Origin: Trichoplax sp. H2
Taxonomy: Eukaryota
NCBI GenBank assembly: GCA_003344405.1
Contig: NOWV01000258.1
Coordinates: 1-64,000, forward strand
Direction: 5' to 3'
DNA length: 64,000 nt
Part shown: positions 1 to 13,090 of the stretch, piece after piece
How the letters are laid out: every line of letters begins with the position of its first letter
Numbering within the stretch: the stretch's first letter is position 1
The notes under the pieces: model-generated
The model's input: the letters and a program-made list of their open reading frames with translations, nothing else
Database searches by the model: none
Told to the model about the DNA's origin: nothing
Translations under genes and position numbers: made by a program

Positions 1-2704
1 CTAATATCTTTAGTTGTTTCAATTAAAGGGATTAAAATTTATATTAAGGTATCAATGCAAAAATTAAATTTAAGTAATAGTTAATGTGATAATATGTAAT
101 ATATAATAGCATATATATGACAAGATAATGGAGTAAAAATAGCTGCGCAATTTTTTTACGGGCAGATAATGAATCTATATTTAGAATTTTCAATAAATTT
201 AATTAATTTACCAGCTGAGAAATTAAAAATACGGTTAAACGATACTCCCAAGCTATGGAATGGAATTACAATTTCGTAATAAAAAGTGACGAAAAAGTGA
301 TATCAGCCCATAGAAAATACAACTAAATCGTGGCTATGATAAAGACATACATATATTTAAGACTCAAGATTTGCTGATTTTAGCATTTGTAGTATGATTG
401 TCTAGTAAAGATTAAATTGGAGAGATTCAGCATTTTAATTGTAGTTTATTGTTCATTTGCATATTTAGAATTTATTGATAACAATTTTTAGCTGCGTTTC
501 TATTTATCTTTTACCTCCGTTTATCTAATATCTATTTTTTAGGGAATGGTAATTGATGTTTACATGGTAAGATTGTAAGTAAGGTTGGTATGGTAATAAA
601 ATTAGTTGCTATATAGATGTTAATATTTTGGTAACAACGGAAGTAAGTTTAGATAAAATGTTATTAATTTTAATTTGCATCTGGCAATAAAGTTAACTAA
701 TATAATCAATCTGGGGAGAAGTGTTTTTAAAATATAATTTGGTAAAGCTATATAAGAGAATACTTCAATTACCGGTTACTAATTTGCTAATTTGCTAAGC
801 CTAATCCTGAGAAAGCTTGCGGAGTAACATTGCCTTTTCTAGGTAATTCATATATCTAATAATCTAGCAATCACCATGTTGCAATTCCATTTATTAAAAG
901 AAATAAGTATTAATATAGTAGGTAGCATATTCTTTTTTCTCTTATCCTGGATATTCGAAAATTTTATTTATTTATAAATTAAACGGGTCTACGCATTATG
1001 TTAATATTGTTTGTCTGCTTGAATCTTCCGGCTAGGTATTGACTTTAACTTCTTTATTTCTAAGATTCAAAACTTTTTTATTCCCTTTGTTTTTCCTCTT
1101 TGTTTTTTTTAACTTACTGCATTTGAAATATTGCTCGAATTTCCGGTTAGCCGCCGAGTAAAATCACCGGCGATCGTTATAGGGTATCGCTAGTAATGAA
1201 TAACATAAATATATTCATCAGATGACCTTTTCAATAATAGTATTAATTCGATCCACCATCTTCTTTAACCTTATTTAGGGTTGATAGATTAAGAATCTTC
1301 AAGCCTTTCGAAAATTAAGTGTTATTGGAAAAAATTTCGTTTACAAAGATACAACGTAATCGATCAGCTGAGGACCTGTTATAATGAAAAAGAACTAGTT
1401 AACTTTACTAAACTTCACGCTTATATACTTTTCCGCTTTACAATCTTAGCACCTTACTTACTACACACTTCAGTATTAGAATCTCAAATACAGGATAGTT
1501 TACACCTTCCATGTGAAGCTCTAAAGTGAACACAGTAGCACTCCTCTTCAAAAGGATACAGCTATTAAGCTAGCTATATTTAATACTTAAGCTTCTAACG
1601 GAATATTTATCACTCGTTGAACATAATACCTACGGTAGACATCACTAAATATATCATCAACTTAGAATATAATATCACACTGTCTTACACCTTATAAACT
1701 AATTACTAATTTAACAAAATATAACTCTAAGAGCTAAGCAATCGTCAATCCTTTCAGGAAATGATTCCAACTTATTTTATCTACTTAGCGTATCATGATA
1801 TTGTCTAGTCAGACTAAAATAGTTTATCTTTCGCGATTTTAATCCTTTTATATGTCGGTCATTGTGTATAATGGACTCAAATATACTCCTTTATTTGTTA
1901 TACCGTATACGTAAATGCAACAATTTTAAAGATTGATTGTGATTCATCTTAGGCTTGAATCTATTCTTACGAATAGCTGAAACGTATACTATAACGTCTG
2001 CCAGTGCATCTGAAATTATGCGTATGTCTATGTGGACGTGGAGCAATACTGCATCATCCAGTCTTATTTGTCCATGTGTCACGATAGCCGGTGGTGTAGA
2101 AATAATAGTCATCCTTACTGGGTGTTTTATATCCTTGTGGCTAGCAATTGCAACCCGTGCGAAATTTGTTACCCATTATTGTCGCAAAGTTCACTACGAT
2201 GTCTCCTTTGTTAAGGATTTTAATTGATATAGTATACTGTAGGTACAATATATAATGACATTTTGCTACTTTTACTTCCTTTTCCATTCTATTTGGTATT
2301 GCATATTTTAATTTTGTTGTGTTTTTAACCTATGTATTCCACGCCCACACGTATTACAATCAAAGACGATAGTTAAATTTTGTAATTTTTCAATAATACA
2401 ATTTAGAATTGGTTTTATTATTATTATTAATAATTATTAATTTATTATTATTATATTATTTTGCCGTTGCAAATTTTACTATTTTATTGATATGCTATGA
2501 GGTTTACATCGCGCATGCGTCATGGCCAATCATGATACGTCATGATAGGAAGATAGCATTGGCACTTCACTACGTCGATTCATAGCATACCGGTCTTGAT
2601 TGATGTCATTACCTATATATCATCCTATGCATCTACTTATTGTTGTATATATAGTTAGTAATAGATTAAATACGATATGCTAACCATAAAGGCATCAATC
2701 AAAA

Positions 2705-3660
2705 TCACGAAAATTGATATACAGTACTGTAAGAAAAGACTTTGAATTTTTATCATTCATGGTTGACACCTTGATGGACTGTAGTACAGTACAGTCTGTA
2801 CACTCAACGTCTACTGTACACTGTACACTGTACACTGTACCAGTAGAGGTCTTCATGGTCTGGTCCACACCAGACATGAAGATCTCTACGTACAGACGGA
2901 CAGAGTCTGTTTTCCAAAGGCGAGACTGCGATATCAAATTCCAGTAGAGTAACAAGTACACTTACTGTACATCAGTAGTACTGTACAGTGTACAGTGTGC
3001 AATATCTCCAGAGGATCCTGATAGAATTGTACCTTTGAGAGAATCTTGGAGAATATCAGTATTGGATACTATCGCCATCATCACGAAAATTGATATACAG
3101 TATTGCAAGAAAAAACCTTGAATTTTTATTATTCATGGTTGACATCTTTAATACAGTATACTGTACAGTACTGTACAGTGTACAGTATGTGTCATGGACT
3201 GTAGTACAGTCTGTGCACTCAATGTCTTCTGTACACTGTACTGTACACTCTACGTACAGACGGACAGAGTCTACTCACTACAGTACAGTACGTACAGTAC
3301 AAGGCGAGACTGCGATATCAAATTACAGTACAGTACTGTACACTGTACACTGTACACTGAGAGGTTTCCCTGGTCTGGTGTGGACCAGACCAGGAAGATC
3401 TCTACGTACAGACGGACAGAGTTTACTCACTACAGTACAGTACGTAACTGTACTGTAGAAGGCGAGACTGCGACATCAAATTACAAACCTTTCACGGTAC
3501 AGTGTACAGTGTACAGTACTGTACTGTACTGTACACTGTACACTGTACCGTGAAAGGTTTCCCTGGTCTGGTCCACACCAGACCATGAAGATCTCTACGT
3601 ACAGACGGACAGAGTCTTTACTCCAAAGGCGAGACTGCGATATTAAATTCCAGTAGTTCT
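2705..3660. repeat. Complex modular repeat array: conserved blocks separated by TACAG/CTGTA-rich palindromic spacers
   Basis: Block TACGTACAGACGGACAGAG at ~2887, 3251, 3403, 3596. Block AAGGCGAGACTGCGA(T/C)AT(C/T)AAATT at ~2917, 3301, 3459, 3626. Leader ATCACGAAAATTGATATACAGTA at ~2704 and ~3080. Spacers are built from TACAG/CTGTA/GTACA units. Confidence 0.93.
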
Positions 3661-3937
3661 TCCTCGATATTGAGTACACTTGTAGGGAGATATTTGAAAG
3701 ATTAACATCAACTTTTCCCTCGCAGACTACTACTGTAATGAATTAAATTGTGTTTTAGGACAACTTGATGCCAGTCAACTTTGCCACAATTACTTCATTT
3801 TGTTAAGCATCAATTTCTCACAACACAACAGCAACCCTTACAAAGTGCCTGACTGTGTGGATCCATTAGCAAAGCGAATGCAAGAGCAGAGCCTACGAGC
3901 AAGATCTTCTACTCAACCTCAATCACCTGCATGATAT

Positions 3938-6343
3938 ATGGATCTTACTTTTTTTACTTTAGTCTATTTTTTGATCTTATTTTGCCTCATTGCACCTCCA
4001 ACTGAATTTCGCCGATCTGGCTTGACAATTGAATATATATTAAGTAGCTACTTAGGCAGTGAAAATATTGATTTTATTGGTTATCATGTCCGTCGAACCA
4101 CGGCTAATTTATTATTTCATTCGTGCTTACCGCTCAGTTACTATATAATTCTAATCTTGTTAAATTATTTATCTGCTGAAAATTATCCCTTCAGTCCTTG
4201 GGCTGGTGGTATTTACTGGGATGTCTACTTTTATATGACATCATCGATAGCCTTACTAGCTATTACCCTAGGTTATTATTGGTCATCATCCAAGTGGCAA
4301 CATCACCCTATTGTAACCAATTTACAACAATTTGGTCAACCCTGGCGAGTGGTGTCATCGTCGGTTAATAATGAATTTCGTCGAATTGAGAAATTTTCCT
4401 CCGGCGAATTAAACTTTTGCACCTATATCACGGATAGTTGGATTCTTAAAATATCAACTTATACTTTATTAATTGCACACAAGCACGATGCTAAGTTATC
4501 GATCGTCGATAGTCAGACGTATCAGTTAGCCGTTGATAGCCCAACTGCAGTGCAAAAGCTACATATTAGGGTCAAAAGTGTTCAACGAGGTAAGGATAAT
4601 AGTGGTAATGAACACCTCTGGAAAATCGACAATGACATTTTACATAGTTTACAAAGTATTCTCCATACATCTTGACACAAAACTAGGAGAACCTAGTACT
4701 CTGCGAGTAGCACTTCTTTACTAACCATGTACTGTGCGTTGATTAAAAATCATGGACATGATGCATCAAACAAATTTGATTGGATTCATCCCTTACCGTT
4801 GTTTTAATGTACTCGTTTTGAAGGACGAAGATAATCGTGGTATATAATCACAAAGTAACAAGAATAGCATACTGCTAACGGTATCATTAGCAACAGAATT
4901 GGTAACGATGAAATAACGAGTATTGATCGACACCTTGCTGCTAAGTATTCCTTTCAACCTAGCATGTAACTTCTACTAAGTTAGAAACAATACTGATAGC
5001 TCAATGTAAACTACAATTCTAAACGAATTAGTCAGTGTCTAAGTCATTGCCCCATATTTATCGATCGATCAACATACGAAATGTGACCATTTTGCCTGTT
5101 ATATACCTTAATGAACGTTAATTATGAATTAGCATCAAATACTACAAAAACTACTTAAGTACAAGAGAGAGAGACATTGATGATCACTGCTGTGTTAACA
5201 CTTGTGGTCTTGTGAGTTTAGCATTGAGGTTAATTTAAATTACTATTGATTATCGAAATTTCTAGTTTGTGCTAAACTTATGAAAGTTAGAGTGCATTTG
5301 TTAGGCGTGATGATAGCATGACTTAATAGATTATACTCTAGAGTATAATAACGGTTATATCCGATAATGCAAGAGTTCTTTTTTGCTAATAGTTCCCCGT
5401 AGATATTGCTATTGTTTAGATTTTATTACTTCAAGCTTAGTTTAGTTTCAACAATTCTGCTAGTCGGATATTTTTGAAGAATCCTGAGAATTGGCTCAAC
5501 TACATCTCTCATTTTCTTCATCCAATGTAAATGCCATCTACCGACTTTCTTTATGTCAAATATGCAAGATTGTCTATAGGTCGACAAGTTTTTACGTTTC
5601 ATTCACGAGAACAAAGATTCTCCTCAAACTCATACTTTACGGTATCTTTGCAGAAAGTGGTATTATAAAATAATAGCCAAATTATTAGCGGATTGCGCTT
5701 GTACCTGGCGTAGCAACACTTGATGCTGTAATTAACAGTATTCCTCCTTTTATTGATAACAGGAAAATGTGACTTCATCATCGTTCTTAATTCCGAAAAA
5801 TATCAAGAGCTGACTGGGATGTTAGAGGAACCAATAGAAAATATGCGTAACCTAGTCATTCAGCAATCTTTAAGCGATAAGTTTGTGGTAGCTTTCAAAG
5901 AGCAAGTGATGAGAAATGATCGCTATATTATTCCTGAAAATGCTGTAAGTTAATATAGTACAGGATTAGGTTTATTCTTGTAGCTACTAATTAATAGAAT
6001 GGATGATATAAGAGCCAATATTTTAAAACTTCATTGAAATAATTTCCAAATTATAAATGCTTTTCTTCGGTGTTGATTTACATAGCCCGCACCTGAACAA
6101 TGTATAGGATGTCTGACGAAATCGGCAGATGTCAAACTTCAAAAATTATGCTACCCACCACAGGAAGGTGAATGTCAAAGCTGTTTTTGCAAGCCGATGT
6201 GGTGCTTAGATTGCATGGGTAAATGGTTCGCTTGTAGACAAGATCAGCGAAGAATTGAAACTTGGTTATCTAGTAAAGCGCCATGCCCTACTTGTCGTGC
6301 AACATTTTGCGTATTAGATGTTTGCGCGATTGAAATTTTGTAA
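3938..6343 (+). CDS. TMEM129: E3 ubiquitin-protein ligase TM129 (TM helices plus C-terminal C4C4-type RING), 3 exons
   Basis: Exons 3938-4589, 5763-5944 and 6086-6343 with GT-AG ends splice in frame. N-terminus ..LIAPPTEFRRSGLTIEYILSSYLGSENIDFIGYHVRRT.. and C-terminus CIGC..CQSCFCKPMWCLDCMGKWFACRQDQ..WLSSKAPCPTCRATFCVLDVC match the TMEM129 family as I recall it. Confidence 0.95.
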
Positions 6344-6934
6344 CATATTGCAAATGCGTATATAAACACTCTACTATCAATTCGATTTCAAATTAAGTTA
6401 TTTGTCTTACTTTTGTCCAAACTCCTGTAGAATATTCGATGGCATAATACGATTTCCTGAGAGCATAATAATGTATGATTGGATACTGGAATATTTTTTG
6501 TTAGAATATAAATAAAGTTAGCATTGAGAAAGATGTACATTTATATCCTTTCTTGTTTTGAAATTATAAAATAATTCATTACGTAACGACTAATGCTACG
6601 GTAAAAGTAAAAAGGCCTATATGATTTCATAGATCTGAAAGTAGTCTCTTGAGTCAACGTACTGCTAAACTATGTTGTATAAATGTAATGTACTATTCAA
6701 TCCTGCACTCTATTCAAATACCTGACATATTACGGAAGGCCAAGCGTAATAACACGAGGGTATATAATTTATTGTTACTCATTAACTTAAGAAATCATTA
6801 AACACGTACAGATTATTGTCCTATTCTTTCACAAAAAACACAGCCCAAAGTCCTTCAAAACCTTTGCATTTTATTAATTTTCAATAAAATATGATTAGCG
6901 TTGGAAATTGGCTTCCAGATAGTCATTACTCGTA

Positions 6935-9217
6935 TTACAAGCCTTTATTGAAATATACTCTCTCTAATTTATTTCCATAGCGCCCAACAATTTCTGTTCT
7001 GAGCTCTGGCTCTAGATCACCAACAGCCATGGAACTTTATAATATCGAAATAAGAAAAGCCTCAATTAATATAAGACTTATAGATGGAAAGATCGCACCA
7101 TACTATCATAGGGTATAGGAAAAATGTTGAGCTGCATAAAACATATCGGTGTACTGTATACAAGAATACCTTTTTTGCGGGAAGATAGCACAGCAAGCTG
7201 GAGTCATGACAGTTAATCTGTAATTATACACGTTATATAGAACATGTTAGCACATAATACAACCATTCGCCATTCGAAATACCCTTTCTGGAAAAGATTA
7301 CATTTTTAATGCGTAATTTAATAATTATTAACTGTGAGGAATGCAGCTATTGATCGAAATGCCCGATTTTACTTACGCTATTCCAACTAGCACAATTTGA
7401 ATTGGACCACCCATGTAAGGGTATCTCTATAGGAATTAAAAGGTTGAATTTAGAATTGTTGCCTTTTAACCATACTGTTCACTAATCTAAAGAAATAGTT
7501 ATCATTTATTGTATCCGTATCATAGTATGCATCATGTACAAACCTTTAAAAATTTTCCTTTTTCCAATTTATCCATCAACCAAGCCGGTAAAACTAAAGA
7601 AATATACAGACATAAAAATCTTATATATCGTATTGAATTTATAACAACTGCCAACTGTCATTTTAGTAAAATTATTAGCCGAAATGGATCATTTATATGA
7701 TTGGTACAAAAATGCATACTCATTCCTGGAGCGCACATAATAATTCTTGAAAAGACCACTTGACCAATTGCTTTTTTTGCGGCTTTCTAGTATAGAACGA
7801 ATAAACCTACTTAACTCAATCTGTACAACTATTCAGAATCAAAGGAGACCAAATTTAATCATCACCTTTGATTTGCCAACGTTATTTCCTTCATTGTCTT
7901 GCACCATTATACCTTCTGTTAGTTCACTTTGCCTCATCATTGGGATATTGATACAATTAGCAGCAGCAACGGCAGCAAAGGGCGTAAAGCGACCAATAAC
8001 AGGTGGTGCTTTCTAAATAGTATTTGCAAATTTATGTAATTATTACACCAGTCTTGGCAAATCTCGGTTAAATACCTCCAAATCTCAACTCGTGTTGTTC
8101 TACAAATTTTTTGTCAGCGCAATTTAATAAGACATCCATGGAATATATTATTAAAGTTCCACTTAATGCGCTAACATTTTTACATTGATTAGTTGTACGC
8201 TTACTTTAACAAGAGAATTTAATCCAAGAGCTGTTCCAACGGCACCCGTTGTAGCACATACATACGGCAACGCTAACTCACTAAATTTCGTCAGATTAAT
8301 TTTAGAGCGAATTTAAACTAAATCAAGGTTAAGCACGAAACCACACATTACCTGTAGCTCATTGATTTTCCACTTCTATTGGTGTAGTTGACTACAGCAT
8401 TGAACGATTGATTTGCCCACTGCCAAAATAATACTGCTGGGGTAGTTCTATAAATAAAAAAATATTTATATCAAAGATTATAGGCAATTTCAAAATCATA
8501 AGATTTGTAGCTATAACATTTATATTATTGACGTATGTCCTACAGGCTACGTACAGTATGCACATATACTAGCAGTAATTTTACATTAGTACATTTATTT
8601 GCATGTAAAGTACCTTGAATTAATGTTGTTTCTATCATGTTTATATTTACAACAAATCAGCAATAAACATACTTATACAAGATCCAAAGTGCATGCATAT
8701 CTTATCTAAATGAACCTGTAAAATGTCATCATTAGGCCGGTGATAGTCATATTGCAAGGGACCTGAGCGGACATTCTACCGATAGTTAACATTTTCTCTC
8801 CGGTTGACGGATGAAATGCGGAATCATACAACTTTTTTGCATGCCATAATTGTTCCTCAGTTGTTCCAGGTGGTTCGCTACCTAACCTGCAAGAATGCAA
8901 TATAGATTTTTGGTCAATCTAGTGAAATCGGAAAAAGAGGATGTCTAGGATGTCATTTCATTATTAGCTCTGTTCAATGCAATATTTATTTCTTATCATT
9001 ATCCAGCGTACTTGTAAGATTGTACCAAGTCTTTGGCCGCATCCAATTGTTTCTCGCTTACAAAGGCATTTCTTGGATCAGTAGTTTGCAGGAAATGCTT
9101 AAATCGGCCGATAAATGTCTCTTGACTCCATCGAGGCTTACTTAAATCTATTCTAGGCTTTTGAAGGCCATCAACTATTCCTTTGTCGGTTTGTAAGTTA
9201 GGATTGGAATTACTCAT
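6935..9217 (-). CDS. SFXN: Sideroflexin (mitochondrial amino-acid/tricarboxylate carrier family, SFXN1/3-like), multi-exon
   Basis: Exon peptides [119 protein letters not shown], and the family-typical C-terminus VYFNKGL* (stop 6935-6937). The exact paralogue is not determined. Confidence 0.95.
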
Positions 9218-10119
9218 AGTTACCTAATTCTACGAAGATAATATTTCAGATGGTAAATTATCGCATCCTATCATACCATACCGTACAGGGTTAATGATTG
9301 CAATTTTAACGAAGAGCATTAAAAGTATAAAATGGATATTTTCACAACTTGCTTGGTTAGTAAGGACCTATTTAACCTTATCGCCAAAGCAAGTTATCGT
9401 ACAGTAGCTCGAGCAAATTATGCGATAAGTTTGTTAGATGGATTAATTATCAAATACTGTCGATCAGGGCGACCTTTCGTATTCATTAACTGTCTAAGAG
9501 TTATTTTTAGGGATAGGTATACAAGCACGAGTTAAGCATTAGACAGGTAATTCACAATCTACTATTGGGGAGTAACATTCGTGTAAATCAACGTGTAAAG
9601 AAATTTGCCTAAACACATAGCACTACTGATGCAGTCTATTTAGGGACTGGGATCGTGGAGACTTGACCGGCTACTGGACATTAATATTTACCTTGCTGCT
9701 CAGTGTACAATATCAATAGATTATTTACTTATGCTACAAATGGAAGATGCGATACGGTAAAATAACGTGCCGAATAACATGTAACATTCTACCGTATGGA
9801 TGTACGAGAGGATATGCACTAACAGTGTAACGAAAATTTCAACATAAGTATGAAAGTCTCCATAAAGAGTTCTATGGCAATTTTGCTATTCCACTATAGC
9901 GGTAGAACTCATGATTTGAAAGTAAGACTTGAAAGGATTGTTTGCGAATTATCATCATTACTATACAGATTATTAACTTTGTAACGAGTATTAACACAAC
10001 CTGGCTATTACAATTTAACGTAGTAAACAACGGCATAACCCCTAAGGCATATTTCATGGCTAAGAAAGCCAACACCCATGTATTCAATCACTCGTTACAA
10101 TTAATTAACTACGCGTCAA

Positions 10120-11670
10120 TTAATTAATGAAGACAAGCCGCCGAAGCGCATGACTACCTGTAATGGGATCATAGTTATTTTTATTTTCAATTTACTTGGC
10201 AAGGATGAGTTAAAATTGAAAACTAAAAGGCGTTAGCTATGTCATCATGGATACAGATTAATGAAGTCAAAGGCAGCAGTTGAAAGGTGTCCAATCCCCT
10301 CGAAATATAGCCATAGTTACCCGTACTGTATTGATTTAGTGATAGAGTACGACATCAATTTGTGTGGAAAGCTGTTGATCAAGAGGGGTTCGTTGGAACT
10401 AAGTAAATGGTAAACACTGACGTCGTATAAACGGTAATTTGTAGAAAATCTTATTTCTGTCGACAAGTATGAGTCGGTTAGCAATTGCTAAAATTGTACA
10501 AGGCCATTGATTAGCAACTGTTACTCATTGAAGTTGAATACTGGCTACAATGACGACTACAAACATCACGCGTTAGACTACCTTAGCCAGCGTTATTAAT
10601 TCAATTGAAGGATAACGTTCCAATATTGATTACGCCAACTGTTGTCAACCGTAGTGGTACTCCGTAATGTCGATGATCAAGGATGCGTTCGACTTATCTT
10701 GTTAATATAGTTTCAGCGCTGTATGAAAGCACAAAGATGCAGTAGTTTATGATTATGTCATGTGAAACAAAAACAGAGGGATTATTAAATGATATTTAAT
10801 TCTAGCGATGACAACCCCTATCCCTGGATTTCGTAGTGGATGTGTTATGGCGATTACTGTATATTTTTAAATGTCAACGCTTCCAATTGATCATTTCATC
10901 AATCCGTACGTTAATCTACAGTCTATATCAGCAGTAAATAAGAAGAATTGTAGAGCAAATGAAATTACTAATTTAAAGACGGAACTACTACGCAATTCAC
11001 GCTTCGATTGGTAAATAATTTAAATCGCATCCGGTAGTCTTCTATTTCTAAGTAGGATAATGATTTGAATTGGTCAATGTCAACCTGTTCAATCAACACA
11101 TAGAGCATCGTCCACTTCTTGTACAAGTTGACGTTGAAGGAGACATTGTAATCGATGAAAATCATTCAAATAAAGCAACTGTACAAGTTGATCATGGAAT
11201 AAATAATGATGTCAATCCTATCAACGCTACTTTCAACAGCGATGGAAAATTTGAATGGTAGACTAGATAAATTGATCGATCAACTTCCACTACATGATGA
11301 ATGAAAAGTGGATCTTTGCCTATATGACAGGAATGCAGTTTAACATTGCAATAGGGTTCATCGTCGTGACTAGAGGGGGAGATCGAAAACGAACAATTTA
11401 TTGAATTCATAACAACATTAGAGTATAGGACTGGCAAGACAGCCAGCCATTGGTGAAACAGGTCAGAATATGTATGGATTTATTTTTCACTTCTATTTGC
11501 ATCAATTCTTATTTTGGGAGTGGAATTAATATACCGTCTATCCATTAAATAAACAGTACGGGTTGACGTCGTTGATCAAGTCATCAAGTCCATGATTATT
11601 AAACGCATTGACAACACACAAGGCATTGCAAGAGGGAATAGTATACCGATACCGTCGATAGGGAAGATCA
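10120..11670 (+). pseudogene. Possible decayed coding sequence (unidentified gene or mobile-element relic)
   Basis: Higher GC and codon-like runs (e.g. ORF 11070-11261, fragments RVRHQFVWKAVDQEG and EKWIFAYMTGMQFNIAIGFIVVTRGG) broken by stops and frameshifts, with no splice pattern. No family recognised. Confidence 0.22.
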
Positions 11671-12562
11671 ACAAATAGCTTACCCACTTAGCATGCACTT
11701 ATTTTACAGCGGAGTAGTTGCACCTACTTCAACTAGCGTTCTTGCTCGTTCACTTCACTTCAATGGATTGGATAGGAATCTCACAAATAGCTTACCCACT
11801 TAGCATGCAGTTATTTTACAGTGGAGTAGTTGCACCTACTTCAACTAGCGTTCTTGCTCGTTCACTTCACTTCAATGGATTGGATAGGAATCTCACAAAT
11901 AGCTTACCCACTTAGCCTGCAGTTATTTTCCAGTAGAGTAGTTGCACTTACTTCAACTAGCGTTCTTGCTCGTTCACTACACTTCAATGGATTGGATAGG
12001 AATCTCACAAATAGCTTACCCACTTAACATACAGTTATTCTACAGTAGTTGCATCTACTTCAACTAGCGTTCTTGCTCGTTCACTTCACTTCAATGGATT
12101 GGATAGGAATCTCACCAATAGCTTACCCACTTAGCATGCAGTTATTTTACGGTAGAGTAGTTGCACCTACTTCAACTAGCGTTCTTGCTCGTTCACTACA
12201 CTTCAATGGATTGGATAGGAATCTCACCAATAGCTTACCCACTTAACATACAGTTATTCTACAGTAGTTGCATCTACTTCAACTAGCGTTCTTGCTCCTT
12301 CACTTCACTTCAATGCATTGGATAGGAATCTCACCAATAGCTTACCTACTTAGCATGCAGTTATTTTACGGTAGAGTAGTTGCACCTACTTCAACTAGCG
12401 TTCTTGCTCGTTCACTACACTTCAATGGATTGGATAGGAATCTCACCAATAGCTTACCCACTTAACATACAGTTATTCTACAGTAGTTGCATCTATTTCA
12501 ACTTGCATTCTTGCTCATTCTTGAATTTTACTCACTCACTTCACTTCAACGGATTGGATAGG
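11671..12562. repeat. Tandem satellite, 8 units of 112/107 bp with a 219-bp higher-order dimer
   Basis: Unit starts at 11671, 11783, 11895, 12007, 12114, 12226, 12333, 12445 (lengths 112,112,112,107,112,107,112, last diverged). Core ..TACTTCAACTAGCGTTCTTGCTCGTTCACT(T/A)CACTTCAATGGATTGGATAGGAATCTC.. Confidence 0.97.
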
Positions 12563-12939
12563 AGGAGATAAAAGTGCAATCAACAGGTCAGAGTCTAGTA
12601 CAAGATGGACATTATTAAAAGGAAATTACCCTACCTGATCCAGGTCAATCAATGGTTTATGAACACTGTCTATGCAGTCGGTGAACAGCAGTAAATCGTC
12701 TCGATTGAATATTGTAGATGACAAATGCGATTCTCTAATGGCAATGATGAGATCAACACCTGCAAAGTGGAATGGCCAACTGCAAAAGGCAAATGGATTT
12801 GCAACTGCTGTAGCACCAGTTGGAGTCCTGTCGTCAACGTCAGTATTGACTTAGTATAATTTACTTCCCGTGGGGTGTAAATCAAGGTCTAAGGACAACA
12901 CCCAATGATCTTGTCGATACTGGACGCCGTTCCGGTCCA

Positions 12940-13044
12940 GTCCAGTCCGGTCCAGTACCAGTCCGGTCCAGTACCAGTCTAGGATCGTCCTGGACCACTC
13001 TTGTGGACTACTACAATGAGAACGAGGACTGGACCGGACTGGAC
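12940..13044. repeat. GC-rich 17-bp perfect inverted repeat inside a GTCCA/GTCCG microsatellite
   Basis: GTCCAGTCCGGTCCAGT (12940-12956) is the reverse complement of ACTGGACCGGACTGGAC (13028-13044). Confidence 0.85.
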
Positions 13045-13090
13045 GTACCGACGTCGAATTACCTTGGACCTGTACTGAGTCTACTGACTG

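Noticed and set aside
1891..2227. Overlapping short ORFs on both strands
   Set aside because: No recognisable motif or consistent exon structure.
2510..2521. CGCGCATGCGT, NRF1-like site
   Set aside because: Single imperfect match ~1.4 kb from the nearest ATG, with no supporting evidence.
2705..3660. CRISPR-like repeat-spacer appearance
   Set aside because: Eukaryotic context, no cas genes, and the spacers are low-complexity and variable in length rather than unique.
2695..3679. ORFs rich in Y/S/T/V/Q/C in the TACAG arrays (also 13400-14703)
   Set aside because: They are translations of low-complexity repeats on both strands, with no protein-like features.
11718..12571. Five near-identical 63-65 aa ORFs (MHLLQLAFLL..)
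   Set aside because: They are by-products of the 112-bp satellite, with TTG starts and a unit length not divisible by 3.
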